From Gracilinanus agilis (lineage: Eukaryota): a stretch of 64,000 nt of DNA. Of this stretch, positions 35,634-49,149 are shown piece by piece. A program made the translations under genes and the position numbers. Position 1 is the first letter of the stretch. Every line of letters begins with the position of its first letter. The notes beneath the pieces are model-generated. The model was not told where the DNA came from and ran no database searches. It worked only from the letters and a program-made list of their open reading frames with translations. The stretch lies in NCBI RefSeq assembly GCF_016433145.1, contig NC_058133.1, positions 389,635,456-389,699,455 on the forward strand, given 5' to 3'.

Positions 35634-37869
35634 CCATGTGGGTATACAAGCTGGGTAAAGTGGCATCAGACTAAGTGAGTTAGTCAAAGCTAATAAAGGA
35701 AAATTGAAGAATAAAGGAAAAGTTCTACATTCAATGTTTAGCGAGCATAGTAGTATGTACTATACAAAGGAAAGAAGCAGCTATAGTCTTTATTTTAGAC
35801 ATAATCATTATTATCCTGAGACAAAGGAGGGGATTATCTTGTATGGGAAATTCCCAGGCACCATCTTGAAATTCACTTCTTTCCTATCAATGACTTATAT
35901 TTCTGTGTGCTCCAGAATTATTTCTATGGCACCATTAGTACAATATTCCTGTGTAAGGCTTTATTTTCATGTGCTTTTATAATTTCATAAAGAAATCAGG
36001 GAAATCACAGGTAAAAAATGCTTAGAATTTATTTTGACACTTCAAGGGATCCATGATCTCACGAGGTTGTTGCTAGTTATGCTGAAACAGATGAAAACTC
36101 ATTCATGCTTTTCCATATTGTGCTTTCCATCAAAGTCTTTTCATAAATCTTTCATAGAAGAACATCTCTTACTCCCCCATACTGGATAAGTTCATGATTT
36201 TTAATATTTTGTGGACTTTGGGATAATGCTTTGGCTTTCCATCTATCATATCATATTCTTAATATATCAGCAGTCCATTTCCTTTTTTGGTTCCATGTAT
36301 CTTTAATGGATTACTGAAAGCTTTCCAAGTGAAGCACTAGCTCTGCCAAGTTCTTTCCAACAGGTTCTTTCTCAAGCTAGAAAACTTTATATATGGCCAT
36401 TAATAAAGGATGTGGCAGTCTATTGTACTAGGACTAGCCTAAATATAGAAAGGCTCATCAACTAAAGGTTGACCTCTAGTTGATGCATCCTTTGGTTGTG
36501 TAGACTCATAAAGTAGATTTTCAAACTACTTCAGAGCACACAACAGAAACAGAGGAATAAATACCTCGCTAGCAGCAACTATTGATATCTACAAACAGTA
36601 GTACTACCAGGTTATTTGGAGGAATTGCCATTGCCATGTGGGGCAGGCCAGGTTAATTACAGAGAAGTTATTAAGCATCCAATTTTTGTAGAATTTTTAG
36701 AGATTAAAAAAAATGAAAATTTCAAATGAGGCAAAATTTGCAAACTGGTTATCATGGTGTCTGGCACATAATAAGAGCCATACAAATGCCTATTTCCTCC
36801 TCTTTCCCTTTTAATTACATGAAACTTTTGACCCAAGGAGGTAATTCTGGTGAAAAAAATCTAGTAAGACAGTAAAGATGTTAAATTCCTGATCAACATT
36901 CAAGTCAAATCAAACACATTTGCCTTCACATGTGAAAAAAGAGATTGTTAGAGGGGAGAGTTAGGAAGGCCAGAGTTCAACTCTGCCTCAGAAACTGGTT
37001 AGCTGTATTATCCTAGCTAAGTCTTTTACTTTGTTTGCTTCAGTTTTCTCATCTATAAAAGTGCATAATAAATGCCTTTATTTCCCAGAGAAAATAAGAT
37101 AAAATTTAAAGTGCTTTGCAAACCTTCTACCCCTATACTACTGCTAGTTATTTTTATTGACTACTTTTCAAAATATCATTGAACTTAAAAGACACTGGAA
37201 TGATCCTAAGCAACTTAGCTAATTAGAGGCAAAAAAGAAAATGATTGGTATGAAAAATCATTTAAGAAGATCATTTTAAATACAGTACTATTTGACTGTA
37301 ATGGACAACAAAATCATAGACATTCATAAATGAATATGTAACCTCCTAAGACGTAACATTTTTATCCAGGACACCAAGACAAATGCCACCTCATCACCAG
37401 GGTTTAGTCATATTAGTTTGTGCACTCAAAATTAAAATCAATGTCTAAACAGAATTCCAAATTTGGTGGCTAAATGGAAAGAAGTTTCTTAAATTGGTAG
37501 AAAGGGTTAGGTTATCTGGGGAAAGGGAACACAAGGTAATTCTGACCAAGACAGTCTATATTTTAAAACTATTCTATAAAGCTCTGTAGATGGTATGTGG
37601 TCCTCAATGCCGTTCTGGACAAGGTTGTAGTATTGGTACTAAAGATGTCTACTTCTATATGTTGCAAATATGTATAACTATATAAATAATAGAGATTTAA
37701 ATACATAAATGCAAATATACAAATACAAATAATGAAGACATTATTATATTATTATAATACAAATTTGAGTTATAAATATCTCCATTAATACCACTTTTGA
37801 GGATTACTGAATGAGTCATGAACAGTTACACAAATGAGCTCCACAATTAAAACTTGGCCTTTAAAAGGT

Positions 37870-38085
37870 ATAGCTAGACACTGAGCTCAGAGTCAGAAAT
37901 ATTTGTCTTCTCGAGTTCAAATCTGGCCTCAGATACTTACTAGCTGTGTGACCCTGGGCATTGTTTGCCTCAGTTACTCATCAAAATGTGCTAGAGAAAG
38001 AATGATAAACCACTCTAATATCTTTGCCAAGAAAACCTGAAAACGAGGTCACAAAAAGTTGGACATGTTTGAAACAACTTTAAAA
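37870..38085 (+). mobile_element. MAR1-type SINE
   Basis: CORE followed by AAACCACTCTAATATCTTTGCCAAGAAAACC...GGTCACAAAAAGTTGGACATG. Confidence 0.75.
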
Positions 38086-38419
38086 GAGAAGGCAAGGACA
38101 AAAAGAGGAGAACTAGAGAGGCACTAACCAGACAGGTTCCTGCAAAGAACATTCTGGCCCCAAAGTGACAATGAGGTGGAGGAGAGAGACCTTGAGAAGA
38201 ATCAAAAAAGCACAGGAATTCCTTGACCAAACCTCATAGGGAGAAATAGAGGGTTTAATAGAAGATGATTTTATGGAAGAAAAATTCTGCTGTAATGATC
38301 AAGGGATGGGTGGAGCCTAATCCTAGCATTGTCACAGATTCCCTAGAAGTAACTGCATCATAGATCCTCTAGAAGGAGATCTTTGCTCCTTGTGTGCTTT
38401 TTTCTTTTTTTTTCTTTCT

Positions 38420-39900
38420 TTACTCTTTCAGATTAGATGTCAATACAATTTTTAGTAATTGTTTTCTGATATTTTGAGATTTATGTTCTCTCCCTCCTTC
38501 ATATTTTTTCACCTTCCCCCAGAAGACAGGTAAAATGATATAGATTGTACATATGTTATCATACAATACATATTTCCATGTCTATCATGTTGGGGAAGAA
38601 GACACATATATCACTTACACTAGAAAAAAAATCCATGGAGGAAATAAAGTGAAGAATGATACACTTCAATCTGCATTCAGACTTTATCTATTCCTTCTCA
38701 GGTGATAGATATCCTGGTTTGTCATGAATCCACTGGGATTCTCATTGTTGATTATAGTCAAGTCATTCGCAGTTGATTATCGTACATAATTGTTGTTACT
38801 GTGTATAGTGTTCTTTGTTCTGCTCACTTCTCTTTGTATCACTTCATATGTCTTTCCATGTTTTTTTGGGATCATCTTGTCATTTCTTATGCCACCATGG
38901 CATATACCACAACTTCTTCAGCCATTCCCCAATTGATGGACCTCCCTTCAGTTTGTAGTTCTTTGCCACCACAAAAAAGAGCAGCTATAAATATTTTTCG
39001 TAGGTTCTTTCCCCACATCTTTGATCATTTGGGGATACAGACCTAGTAGCAGCATTGCTGGATCAAAGGGTATGCAGTTTTATGGTCCTTTGGGCATGGT
39101 TCCAGAGTGTTCTCCAGAATAGTTGTATCAGTTTACAGTTATACCAATGGTGTACTAGTGTCCACATCCCCTTCAATATTTATCATTTTCCTTATTTCCC
39201 ATGTTAACCTTTCTGCTAGGTATGAAGTGGCACCTCAGAGTTGTTTTAATTTACAATTCTCTAATTAATAGTGATTTTGAACATTTTTTCACGACTAAAG
39301 ATTATTTTAGTTTCTTTGTCTGATAACTGAATGTTTGTATCCTTTGACCATTTGTTAATTGAGAAATGCTTTGGGGTCTTATCAATTTTATATCATTCTC
39401 TATATATCTGAACAATCAGGCCTTTGTCATAAACACTTGCCAAAAATATTTTCCCAGTTTGTTGATAGCCTTTTAATCTTGGTTGAATTGATTTTTGGGA
39501 TAAAAATTTCATTTTAATGTAGTCATAATTACATATTTTACATCTCAGAATGTTCTCTATGTCTTGTTTGGGCCTAAATTCTCTCCTTACCCAAAGGCCT
39601 GACAGGTAAACTATATTGCATGCTCCCACTTTTCTTTTTTTTCTAAATCTTGTATCCATTTTGACTTTACTGTGGTATATGATATGAGGTGATGATCTAT
39701 GTCTAGTTTCTGTCATAATGTTTTCCAGATTTCCTAGCTGTTTTGGTCAAATAGTGAGTTCTTTTTCAAAAAGCTTGGATCTTTGGGTTTGTCAAACATT
39801 GAATTAGTATGGTGATTTACTACTGTATTGACTGCCTAATCTATTCAATTGGTCTGTTTCTTTGCCAGATCCAGATTGACTTGATGATTCCTGCTTTATT
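38420..39900 (-). mobile_element. 5'-truncated L1 (ORF2 C-terminal region plus 3' UTR), ~1.5 kb
   Basis: ORF 39393..39716 (-) contains L1-like DYIKMKFL...NWxKIF...YDKGLIVQIYRE. The 3' UTR follows leftwards. Confidence 0.85.
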
Positions 39901-40612
39901 ATATACCTCTAGTATTTTTTGAGACCCTTTTCCTACAGCCTTTGGAAGGGGAAGGGACTTAAATTAAATTAGAGTTAATGCCTCTCTCTTTGGGGAGCTT
40001 CACTTTCCAGAAAATCTATGCACTCCACACCATTTTTATAGTTTGACCCTTGTTAAGACTATCCTAAAGAAAAAAGCACTTAAAATGCACAGAATGCCAC
40101 CTTCTCTAGGCCCTACATAGCCACCCAACATGCCCTGACATGGCCAACACAAATACAAATACATAAATACATATGTGCAGAGAAACACATGAAGTCACTA
40201 GAGAGTGGATATCTTTAGCCTACACACACTGATCCTGAATAAGTCATAGAAATAGGGGAAGACAAGGATTGTGATTGTTTCTTCTATCCCTTGCTATTAT
40301 GGGGCTTCATTTCTGTCTTTTCTTGGTCCAGGAACTCTACATCATCTAGGAAGTCCTCTGCTTCTCTCCAGATTTGGTCTAGAAAATGGTGTTGTCTATG
40401 GATTTTCCCTTGGTGTTCAAGATACTTTGTCCTAGATATCTTCTACATGGTGTTTTTCCCTCCAGAAACTTTCCTCCTTCAACCACTACTACTCTGTTGC
40501 TGGTATCTCCAGGACCCAAGATTCCCAGGTGAATGAGAGTCATATGTTGTGAGGATATATAGATCTTTCCCAGCCCCAGGGACCTGAGTACACTCCCTAT
40601 GAATTCCTCTTA

Positions 40613-41393
40613 TGTAGAGAAATATCTTTAATACCAGAATAAATTTCTCATCTGTAGATGGCAAAAAGGACCCATTATAATATCTGGGTACCTACACTCT
40701 ATAAATATGCATTCACAAAAAGGAGACTAGTATCCCTAGTGAAGGGGAGAATGAAATGGAAGAATTCTTCAAATCCAACTAATCTGCTTGAGAAAAAGAA
40801 GAGCTTCTAATGTAATGATATATTGGACAGCCATATTGAAGTCAACATGATGGACAGTTACCTACTTAGAATGTGGAATTAACCAAGCCTGGCAGGAGCT
40901 TGGCATGTGCCAAGGGCAGTTGAGGCTTGGGTATAAAAGCCAGGATTTTGAACTGACAAGGGTCTAAGTTTTGAGATATTGGGTTGGAAAGGGTAGTTTG
41001 GGTAAGCCTTAGGTGAGCCTTATTCAACCAGCAACCAGCAACCAACTTCGAATCTAATTCATCAATCCCTGTTCCTGGATTTCACTATCGAGAAGAACAG
41101 CACCACCTTATTCAGCAGAGTAACCTTGATTTTAGGTTGGGCCCGTCTGGCCCAGCCAAGCTGTTATCTATCAAATCTGATCAGCATTATTTTCAAAGAT
41201 AATCAATAATATCATTTGCTTTAATTAATCAAGGACTTCCTGTTCCCTTTCTCCAAGTCATTATCCTGCTTTCCCTTCCCTAAGTCTGTTAGTAATAAAT
41301 CTTTAAATTTACTTCAGACTTGTGCTTCATCAAGAATCTTAGGGCTCTAGTGAATCATATCCTGGGATAATTTGAGGGAAGAAGAGCATTACA
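40613..41393 (+). mobile_element. Solo LTR, left boundary tentative
   Basis: TATA GGGTATAAAAGCC near 40930, AATAAA near 41293, end GCATTACA at 41393. Possible 5-bp TSD TCTTA / TCTTG. Confidence 0.6.
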
Positions 41394-42559
41394 TCTTGTA
41401 GAAACTGCAATCAATATGCAGTCAACCTAAAGCATTATCCAAAGGCACAGGGCTTCAGTGGAGCTTGGATAACTGTACAATTCTAACAACAGATTCATTG
41501 CCTAGCTGGTAGCTCTGGGATACTGTTATCTTCTGGAGTTTGGGATTATCAGATTCAACATATTCAGACAGCATCCACTGCTGTGGGTGATCCTTTTGGG
41601 TTCACTATCATAACTTAAGTGTCCCATATAGGATTCAACACTAATAATTAACCCTGCTCCAGATCCACATTACAACCTTCATTTATAACACTAATCAGCC
41701 AATCCTTATTGTATGAACTAAGCTGGGGCCTGGACATAAAAAGACAAAACTGAGAATTCTGGCCCTCAGGCAGCTTTACATTTTATAAGTAGATAACATG
41801 TATATAAATGAGCATATAAATATGTATAAAAGGCATATTTTGGCAGGATGGAAGGGGACATAGTGGTCTTTAAGAAGAGTTTTGAAGGAAGTAAGGATTA
41901 TAAGAGTTGGAGATAAGGACAAAGCAGTTCTGGCATGGGAGATCGATTATGTGTGTAGAAGCAGAAAGACAGGAGATTGAAAGATATATATCTGTGAAGA
42001 ACAGCTAAACCTGTTCAGAGGGATCATAGAGTATATAAAAAGGTGAATAATTTAGGATAAACTTGGAAAGGCAGATTAGATCCAGACTGTGATGCAGTTT
42101 AAATCATAAGATAGAAAAAGAATCAGGATAGACAGAGAGGAATTCAAACCTGGGTCAAGCCTGGAAGATCAAAGGATATAACACAGAGATTGAGTGGAGA
42201 AGGGATAATGGAACAGGATTGAGGATCTTTCCATAGCAAGTAGAATCAGAGTCTCTGAAAGAGGATCTTTCTCCATTTCTAATCATAATACAGGTGAAGA
42301 CCCACAGATGTGACTAGCAAAAGAGAAATGATCCTTCCTAGAGAGAGAAACAAGGCTACAACTAGTGGCTAGCGAACACCAGATCTGTAGAAGTAGTCAT
42401 GTAGTATACATGACAAAAAATTCAAGCAGTATATATTGTCTTCCCAGGGTTTGTATCTAGGACAGGGGTTCCCAACTTTCCTTAGTAAGTCACATACATG
42501 CCCTTTAGCTTTCAATAAAACTCTGAATATACACCAAAAAAGAAACAAATTCTAACATG

Positions 42560-42882
42560 TACTATATATATATGTATATATATATATAAATATATATATA
42601 TTTATATATATAATTTGCTTTGTCCTCATCACTAACTCATAATATATATATATTGAAAGAAAAGTTTTATTTCTTAGGTATACATGTATACATATATATA
42701 TATATATAGTTTTATTTCTTAGCTATATATATCTAAGAAATAAAACTTTTCATTTTATTTTATTTATTTTTTCAAAGATTCATTATTATTTATTTTATTG
42801 TTTTTTGCTATTTATTTTATTATTTATTTAAAGTTTTATTTCTTAGGTATATTTATATACCTAAGATATAAAACTTTTCATT
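42560..42882. repeat. AT-rich patch with clustered palindromes
   Basis: AGTTTTATTTCTTAG occurs three times and its reverse complement twice (one with a mismatch), forming hairpins at 42708-42747 and 42831-42876. Confidence 0.9.
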
Positions 42883-43079
42883 CTAACATTTTGTTTCTCC
42901 CCAGTTCCAGGAGTCTTTGTAATATTTTCTGAACTTCTAATGTTCTTATAAACATTCCAAGAGTTATTTAGCATGGTGAATAAAGAACTAGAAGAAGAGT
43001 CAGAAAGACATCAGTTCAAATACTCTCAGATACTCGCAAGTTATGGAAACCTGGGTAAATCATTCATTGCTCTCTGCCN

Positions 43080-43760
43080 TGTTTCATCTCTATTGATAGA
43101 TATATTGCTGTCACTGACCCTCTGATTTATCCAACCAAGGTCACAGTGCCCATTTCAGGGATATGTATTGCCATATCCTGGGTCTGTTCAATAACGTACA
43201 GTTTTTCTCTCTTTTACACAGGGGTCACTGATGATGGGTTGGAAGAACTGGTCATTGCTCTCAGTTGTGTGGGAGGTTGCCAGGCTGCAGTGAATCAAGA
43301 CTGGGTTCTTATTGGATTTCTTGTGTTCTGTATACCAACAATTGCCATGCTTATTATCTATGGCAAAATTTTTTTAGTGGCTAAACAACAAGCTAGGAAG
43401 ATAGAAAGTAGTAGCAACCAAGCTCAGGCTTCTGCAGAGAGCTATAAAGAAAGAGTAGCCAAACGAGAGAGAAAGGCTGCTAAAACATTGGGAATTGCTA
43501 TGGCTGTGTTTCTTGTCTGCTGGCTGCCATATTACATTGATTCAATAATTGATGCTTATATGAATTTCATAACTCCTGCTTATGTTTATGAGATCTTGGT
43601 GTGGTTTGTTTACTACAACTCAGCTATGAATCCTTTGATCTATGCCTTCTTTTACCCTTGGTTTCGGAAAGCAATAAAGCTCATTGTGAGTGGCAGAATC
43701 TTGAGGAATGATTCTTCATCAATAAATTTGTTTTCTGAAGAAGTGGAAATACACAACTGA
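43080..43760 (+). pseudogene. TAAR7-like / TAAR9-related receptor lacking its N-terminus to mid-TM3; the remaining 226 codons are open
   Basis: Frame begins CFISIDRY at 43080, immediately after a single N (43079) joined to a MIR-like flank. No stop until TGA at 43758-43760. Closest paralogue in the window is locus 4. Confidence 0.8.
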
Positions 43761-44247
43761 GAAAAATTTTGGCAATAGAATTCCCAAGAAGTGTGGTAAA
43801 AGGTAAAATAGAATCTCTGATGGACAATTTAAGAAATGTTTTCAGTTTATTTCTCAAATTCATAGAAAATTGCATTCGACTGGTGTTAGTCCTGAGACAT
43901 TTCTTATCATCATATACTCAGATTTTATTTTCAAGTTCATATCATAAGTAGATAGTGCTTACAGAAAATGTCAAATTTTTATACAACTGTTGATTATGAG
44001 AGAAGTTGATCCAAAGAGGCCACAGATAGAAACAGAGATTCAATATGCACCAAAATATTCATAGCAGCCTTTCTTGAGGTAGTAAAGGACTGCAAATAAT
44101 ATAGATTCCCATTAATAAGGGAAGAAATGGTTGGGGAAATCATTATGTTTAAATTAAATGAAATGATAATTAATAAGAATTGATGAAACATAAAAAGAGT
44201 TGCATGAATTGATGCACAATGAAATAGTAAAGGTAGAACCATATACA

Positions 44248-44449
44248 GGGGCAGTTAGACAAATCAGTGAATGAAGAACCAGGCTTTGAGATGGGGGGTC
44301 CTGGGTTCAAATTTGACCTCAGATACTTCCCAGTTATGTGACTTTGGGCAAATTACTCAACCCCAATTGCCTATTTCTTACTACTCTTCTGCCTTGGAAC
44401 CAATACATAATATTGATTCTAAAATGAAAGGCAAGGTTTTTTTTTAAAA
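44248..44449 (+). mobile_element. CORE-SINE shared with the duplicate at 63136-63305
   Basis: Same insertion context (ATATACA|GGGGCA) in both 3' flanks. Confidence 0.85.
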
Positions 44450-45549
44450 GAACAATATATATAATCACTTCAAAAATGTAAATCAAAAGGTCAGTAGATG
44501 AGATCCAAATTCTGAAAAACTGAAAAATCAATAGAAGTTACAGAAAACAGATAATGAAATCTAGCTCTTTCTTCTTGGCAAAGAGGCTAGAAATTATGAG
44601 GGTGAAATGGTGGATACAAAGTCAAATGTACTTATTCTATTAGTGATTTTTTTGTATGTTTGCTTAACTAAATTTCATTGTTACAGGCAAGGTCCAGTTC
44701 TGTGTGAAGTGAGGTGAGATAAAAGTGATTTAACAGAATTCTCAGTGATATAAAAACAAAAGGCATCAATAAATCTTAGTCTGTTGAAGGGATTAAGTTT
44801 GCCATTATCCTCATCTATAACTCATTTGATAAGAAAATAGATTAGAATTGAGAAGGACTAAACTTTATACCTGTCTTTTGTTTCTTCAAATAAATTTTTT
44901 TTATTTCATCTTTATACCATTTTCATCAATGTTTGAGATCTAAAATAAAGAAACTAGCAGAAGCTAGCATTTACATAAGACTTTAAGGTTTGCAGAGTGG
45001 TTTATACGTATCATCAGTTTTTAATCTTGAAATCCCTCTGGAAGGTTGGTGTTATTATTATCTCCCTTTTCAGCTGAGGAAACTGAGGCAGAAACAGGCT
45101 AACTAACTTGTCCGGTATCACACAGTCAGTGAGTATTTGAAGTTGAGTTTGAACATAGTTCTTATTACTCCAGGATCAATGCTCTCTCTCTTTTGCCATC
45201 TAGTTGCCCCAAAATGGCAAATAATTACTGAAAACTCTCCTAAAAATAAAATATGTTCCAAATAATAAAATAGTAAGACCAGCCATGTAGTATTCTCTAC
45301 TTTCTGTGAATTTAAAATAAAACATTCTAAATTTTCTTGATGTTATGGTGACATATGTGTATTTTATTTCTGCTTTTAGGGGTTAATTAAAGTCTCTAGC
45401 TACCTCGTTAAGGGATTTGAATGAGAGAGAAAATGTAAAAAATAAAATAGTCTAGTTTCACATAAATCTATTTATATCACCTCTCTACAAGTTATTTCTA
45501 CATCTACAAAACAGAGAATTGTTTCCAAAAAATTGTAAGACATATAGTC

Positions 45550-45790
45550 AGGTGGAGCAGTGGATAGAGTGGCAGGTCAAGAATCAGAAAGACATCTTTC
45601 TGAGTTCTAATTTGACTCCAAATACTTACTAGCTATGTGACTCTGGACAAGTCTTTTAACTATTTGTCTCAGTTTCCTCATACATAAAATGAGTTGGGGT
45701 AGGAAATAGCAAACCACTCTCTGTCTTTGCCAAGAAAACCCTAGCTGAGATCATGCTGATTCAGACCAAATTTAAACAACTCAACAACAA
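45550..45790 (+). mobile_element. MAR1-type SINE
   Basis: GGTGGAGCAGTGGATAGAGTG head, CORE, RTE-like tail ending CAACAACAAC. Confidence 0.75.
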
Positions 45791-47454
45791 CAAAAATATA
45801 TACTACTAATAGGTGGTAGGTTTGAAAAAATCTTCCAAATCCTCCTTTCTTTCTTCCAAATTTCTTCTATTTCCATGCTGAAAGTTGGTTGTTATTCAGC
45901 CATGTAAGTGGATGGAAACATTTTAAACAATAAACTGGACCTAAATATAAAATATTTTTTGGAACTAGTATCTTTATCTCAATTTTTCTTTCTAAAGTGG
46001 GCATGCAACATTCCTATATCTCTGAGTTGGGCTGTTCACATTAAAATATGTTGTCTTTGAAAATGTGGCCTTTTTTTATGCATGGAGGATGCCACAAAGG
46101 AAAAGGTTCTTCTATCACTTTAGGACCTGTCCTACTATATACCAATAAAACTCCTTCACCAAATATCAAGATGTTCTTTAACCATCATGTGGACAGTAGT
46201 GTTGAAGAGATTTAACAATAATAGTACTGTGAAGCTGTATTCTTTTTTTTAAAAGTAGAATATGAGCCTTTAATTTGATTTTAGCACAAGTGCCCTTTGA
46301 GCCTGTTGGGTATCTTTAATTCAAATTAATAAATAATTATTTATTTTGAATCTGTATTCTTAATTAACTTGAAATGAAAGCTAATAAAGAATTAAGCCAA
46401 TAAAAAGCAAATATTGCTCTTTGTAAATTTTGTTAATGCACTAACATGGACACCACTGCTTCTGAGCTCTGGGTTTTAGAACTCTAAATCCTGGCTTCCT
46501 TCTGCTCCTCTATGCAGCCTCTAAGCTATCATTCCAGATGGGGCAAGTACACCAATTATTACAAAACTACCACAAGGGGAGTCCATACTATGCTTCTATG
46601 CTGTGACATTTAGGGAACTCTCGGCCATCTAGAGGGTTCAAGGACTTCTAGCCTCTGCCATTGATGCCTTGTTCTTTCCCCAGGCAGCTTGCTGAGGGGT
46701 TTCCCCCCTCTATCTTCTCAGTCTCATATTTAAACACCTGATTGTATCAAGGTTCAGACTTCTACTAGCTATAGCAACTCCCAGGCTTACCTCTGTGCCG
46801 CCTGCTATGCATCATATCTACTTCCTGAGGTACTTAAATTGAATTTCAGGCTTAAAATTCTTTGGGCCCTTTCACAATGCCCTGCTCCCTCTCACAAATG
46901 AAGAATGTGGAGCAATGTAAAAAGTGGAGGTAAGGAGATAGCATTTATGGAATTGGAGATAATGTGTGCAGAGGCATAAAGAAAAGAGATGAAAAGATAT
47001 GGAAAACAGCAAAACCTGTTTAGAGGGACCATGGAGGACAGAAAGGTGTATAATTTATAATAAGTCTGGTAAAAAAGATTGGATCCAGGCTATGATTGGC
47101 TTTAAATTACAAGGAAGAAAAAGAGTGAGCAGATGTAAAGCATTATTCAAACCTGAGGGGTCAAGAAATATTACAGAGATTGATGGGTGAAAGGACCATT
47201 GAAACTTTACACATTTGAAGTTTTTCCATAGAAAGTGGAGTTAGAATCTGAAAAAGGAAAGGTTTTCCCACATTCCACATTATGTTGGTGTAGACCTGCA
47301 GATGTCACTAACAAAGGAGAAATAGCCCTTCTCAGCCAGAGAAATTAGGTTACACTCCGTGTGTGGAGAACACTGGATCTGCCAAAGAGGCATGTGGAAT
47401 ACCAGACCAGAATACTCAAGCAGTATGCCATCTTCCCAGGGTGTGTATCTAGCA

Positions 47455-47762
47455 TAGGAGTTCCCACCCTTTCCCAGACTATCTGGCCCTTAGCTGTCAG
47501 CAAACCCCTGGGCATTCAACATGAAAGGGAACAAAATCCTGAGTATACTGTGCACATACAGCTAAAAACTAAACTATAATTAAATCATTTCATTCATTTT
47601 TATAGAGAAAAATGTATATGGAACATATATAATTTTCATTAACATTACTAACTTTTGAATAGTTCAATAAAATGGCATAATCATTTATTAATATTCTCTG
47701 TATATCTTTGACAAACTTCTCATATCCCCAAGAGTATATGTACTCCAGGTTAGGAACCTTTA
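47455..47762. mobile_element. Old hAT MITE; its left end is also present in the paralogous block at 42463
   Basis: TAGGAGTTCCCACC ... GGTTAGGAACCTTTA. The paralogue reads CAGGGGTTCCCAAC after the same TATCTAG flank. TSD not confirmed. Confidence 0.55.
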
Positions 47763-48719
47763 CTATGGAAGTGACAAAGTAATCTCCAAAGAATTGCTAA
47801 ACCTAAAAATCATTGAATCAAATTCCATCAGCCAATCATCTTCAAATGTGCCATTAATGGGAATGTTTCCATTTTATTTGGGTAGACATCTTGCCCAAGA
47901 TATCCATCTGTTCCATTCTTTTTCTTCCCCCTTTATAAAATATTGACAATGGACTTAATTCTTGATACCTCTTTAATTTAGAGATTCACAATAGAAAGGG
48001 ATATCAGAACTTAAGCAGAACTCAGAAGAAAATGAACAAAAACCTTGCCTAAATAAAATTGTCTGAACAGTGTCCCTTATGGGTAATATTTTCTTGAAAA
48101 TCTCTAAGAAGAAAGAACTCGGAATCTCTTACAACCATGTCACTTCTTTCTAGCAGAAAGCCATGACCTTTTTGAGAAACTGTAACTGTTGGTGATCTTT
48201 TTCCTTGCATGGAAAATCAATCTGGCTCTCTTCTTCCAGATCTTAGCTTCTTCTATCTGAGGTCCAGTGTATGATCTCTTTACGCAGGAAAGCCAATGAA
48301 TGAGACAATTATCTTCAAAAGTGTTATTAGTGAGATTGTTTATATCCTATATTGGTAGTCTTCTTATTCACAATGTTCATCTGCTACATTCTTTTTTCCT
48401 CCCTCCTCTTCTTACTTATGAAATGGGCTGGCAGTGGGAAGTAAGGGATAGTAATAGGAAAGGGACTCTCATACTCTGAAATCTTGGATTTCACTAGTTA
48501 GTACTAGTTAAACATCAACTGCAACACTTGCAGCTTCAGCATTGATCAAACATAAATTGTAGATTGTTTAGTTATCCACTCTGTGTATCAGACTGGTAAC
48601 ATTCTAGGCAGTATAAGGTTTGTACCCATTCTGTTTTATTAATTGCTTATATTGTTCTTAGAAATAATTACTTATAGTGGTCTTCCAATGTACTGTACCG
48701 TCAATCCATGTTCCCACTT

Positions 48720-49149
48720 TGTAAGGGCATCAAGACTTTTCCCTAACAAATAATAAGGTGGACGATTAGAGGAACCTCCCCCTGAGTTTGGAAAGGGAGA
48801 TGCCAAGCTCTTAGACCCCAATAAATACACCAATTCTGACCCTCAGGTTGTGGTAGCTCTCTCCTTGGAGGAAGCTTCCACCCTGTAGAGGAGCTACTCC
48901 CAACTATGGGTTCCAAAGAGACTGCTCTACTAGTCCCTGGGCTTATTCATCAGCCCTAGGACTGCCAGATTAGCCCTCCGAACATTAGCTATTCTAACAC
49001 CATAAACCACCTCTTCAAATAAAATTCTTTTCTAACGTCTGGACTGAATGGAATTTGAGTCTCCCATTCTAGCTGAGAGATGCTGCTACAGGCTTGGGTG
49101 TGTTTTTCCCACATCAACTACAGGCACAGGGACAAGGCTCCCGTTTCAC
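48720..49149 (+). mobile_element. Solo LTR-like element, ~430 bp
   Basis: TGTAAGGG start, AATAAA near 49018, end GGCTCCCGTTTCA. No clean TSD. Confidence 0.5.
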
